Translations under genes and position numbers: made by a program
Notes under the pieces: model-generated
Database searches by the model: none
What the model saw: the letters and a program-made list of their open reading frames with translations, nothing else
What the model was told of the DNA's origin: nothing
DNA from: the human T2T-CHM13v2.0 reference genome, Homo sapiens
Reading direction: 5' to 3' (one strand)
DNA: 64,000 nucleotides
Assembly (NCBI RefSeq): GCF_009914755.1
Contig: NC_060930.1
Shown: piece after piece, positions 61,976 to 64,000 of the stretch
Layout of the letters: the number at the start of each line of letters is the position of its first letter
Position numbering within the stretch: the stretch's first letter is position 1

Positions 61976-63239
61976 TAACCACACCTTACTCTTTCAAAAA
62001 AAAAAAAAAAAAGGCAGGGTAGTGAGGGAGAAGAGTAATGGGAATGGGGCAATGAAGAAGAAAAAGGAAATAAAACAGAGGGAAAAGTCTTTGGCTTAGG
62101 TACTAAGCATGGATGTGGTTCTGTAGATTGCTCTGGAGGACTCTGCTCAGGTAATTTTCTTCATAGGGGATTGCTTTCCCCTTTTGAGAGTGGTGTTCAA
62201 ATAAGATCTTCATGGAGGAGAAATTTGTCAGAAAACACCTTCTCACATAGCAAAAATAAGGTTTTCTTCTTTTTTTTTTTAATTTTTTTAAGAGACAGCA
62301 TTGCTATCAGTGGTGACAGCTCCCCGGTGGATGCGGGGCCTGCCATACATAACCTCCCTCTGGACTCCACCTTGACTTCCTGGTCTGCTGCTTAAGCATA
62401 AGGCAAGCTGATGTGTGGAGCAGGAAATGTGATGCTACCATCCTTCCTCCTCTGGGTGGAAAGTGGGAAATGGAAATCTATGAACCTGAAATAGGTCATC
62501 TGTGGATTTAGGTGATAGACCCATAAGCGAGAAAGCAACTAAAAGGTCTGCGAAAACTTGACCCCCCTTTCACAAATGCCAGAGAAACTTCATCCTACAG
62601 GGAGGCTGCCACCAGGATTATTAAATGGCTTTGCCTGTGCTCTTTGCTTCTGTGGCAGAAATGTTACTTGCTTTGTAAAATAAGAAATATGGCTTGCTTT
62701 CCTTGATGTTTGAATAATTCTGCATTATCCAAATAATACCTACTAATATATAGCAGTGTATCTTTTAAGTGGACTTGCTTGGAGTTTGTTGAAGGCTCCA
62801 CTCATCACCCCCTTTCACCATCTAAGGAGCCAGATGAAGAGGACATCATGCTAGGGCAAAAGAACTGAAATATCAATACGATTCAACAACCCACAAGGGC
62901 ACACATACTAAATCATGAAATATTCAAGGGTATATTTCTCATGTTTGTAAACGTTTTTTGGTTCAAGATATATAAGACAAAATCTATGTCCTCCATATTG
63001 CACAGGTATGCACAAATATGACCTTTGGTTGGACCTAGAGACTATTGTCTCTAGGATACCCCTCTGTCTACTATGAAGAATGAACCTTTCACTTGCAAAA
63101 CAACTTACTCAACACTGAAAAAGGGACCATGTTATTAATCTTCTAGATATTTATTGATTACCTGGAATGTGCAAAATATTCACATTTAATGTCACAGAGC
63201 TAGCAATCTAGCTAGGGAGGTAGGTCTACAGATATACCT

Positions 63240-63495
63240 AATAATAATAATAATAATAGCTAACATTTGCTAAGAGAATATTCCAGGCACTAAGCTTTAT
63301 ATACATGACTCTCAGTCTCACATAATTCCTACAACCCTGAAAATACAATTTACCTCTGTAAATAAAATTATTACCATTTTACAGAAGAGGAAACCAAACT
63401 ACAAAGATTCAAATGACTTGCCCAAAGTCACACAGCTAAGAAATGGCAGAGTTGGGATTCAAACTCAGGCAGGCTGGCTCTAGGGTCTAGCCTAT
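63240..63495 (-). mobile_element. MIR with (TAA)n
   Basis: CCATTTTACAGAAGAGGAAAC..TGACTTGCCCAAAGTCACACAGCT..GGGATTCAAACTCAGG. Confidence 0.8.
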
Positions 63496-64000
63496 TTATA
63501 CATCACTCTATAGCCTCTAGATAGGATGAAATGGGTATTTTGATTTAAAAGAATTTTTTAAGGTAAAGTTATTGTCAAACAGAAAATTGCTGCTTGTCTA
63601 TTTTATTATTATTTTATTGTCAAAATGGGAGAGGAGTTAAGCTAACACTAAACAGGTAAGAGGATGACTAAGCAAAGAAGTGAGGATAGGGAGCACTTTG
63701 GAAGGGAAGGTGCTAAATCTCAGCGGCAAAAACAAGGTAAGTAGGATCAAGAAACTGCAAGGAGATTTAGGGTCTACAAGAGGGTTAGAGGGCCTCAAAG
63801 TGGCACCAGCCAGCATTGGGGAGTTGACGAAACAGGGGACAAATCAGGCCAGACCAAACATGGATAAGGAGTTTGGCATTTCATGTCATATCCTCTGTGT
63901 TTAAAAATGTAGTCAAACACCAGGATTGACAGTATATTTTAACCCCAAACCATCTAAGTAGGATACTCACTCTTCAAATTGTCAACTTTAAGGAGACAGT

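Noticed and set aside
62261-62395. Poly-T tract plus short ORF as a terminal coding exon
   Set aside because: TTTTTTAAGAGACAG resembles a decayed antisense Alu/poly(A) remnant, the peptide is unrecognised and there is no canonical GT donor.
63651-63743. Two strong plus-strand donors (CAG|GTAAGA, AAG|GTAAGT)
   Set aside because: No convincing upstream acceptor or promoter; isolated donor matches are expected by chance.

Overview
This is primate nuclear DNA, almost certainly human because it carries two AluYb8 copies. It is AT-rich and CpG-poor, either intronic or intergenic, and dominated by interspersed repeats: about 13 Alus, L1PA/L1M/HAL1 fragments, a complete MaLR (THE1D/MSTA-like) provirus with a 5-bp TSD, solo MaLR/ERVL LTRs, Tigger1, MER44, MER58A, MER5A, L2 and MIR. 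I cannot support any host protein-coding gene, RNA gene or CRISPR array. The ORF track consists of retroelement remnants and chance ORFs. I found no convincing new biological system. The most unusual signals are five: a ~110-bp inverted, locally templated insertion with a perfect 51-bp core (39445-39556 vs 40406-40514); a dense chain of perfect hairpins/palindromes (18424-18560); a THE1-L1 junction lacking a TSD that makes an in-frame 263-aa RT-fragment ORF; a twin-primed L1 inside an Alu linker; and an older Alu that has kept and gained CpGs. Repeat subfamily names come from remembered consensus diagnostics, and the boundaries of old repeats are approximate.
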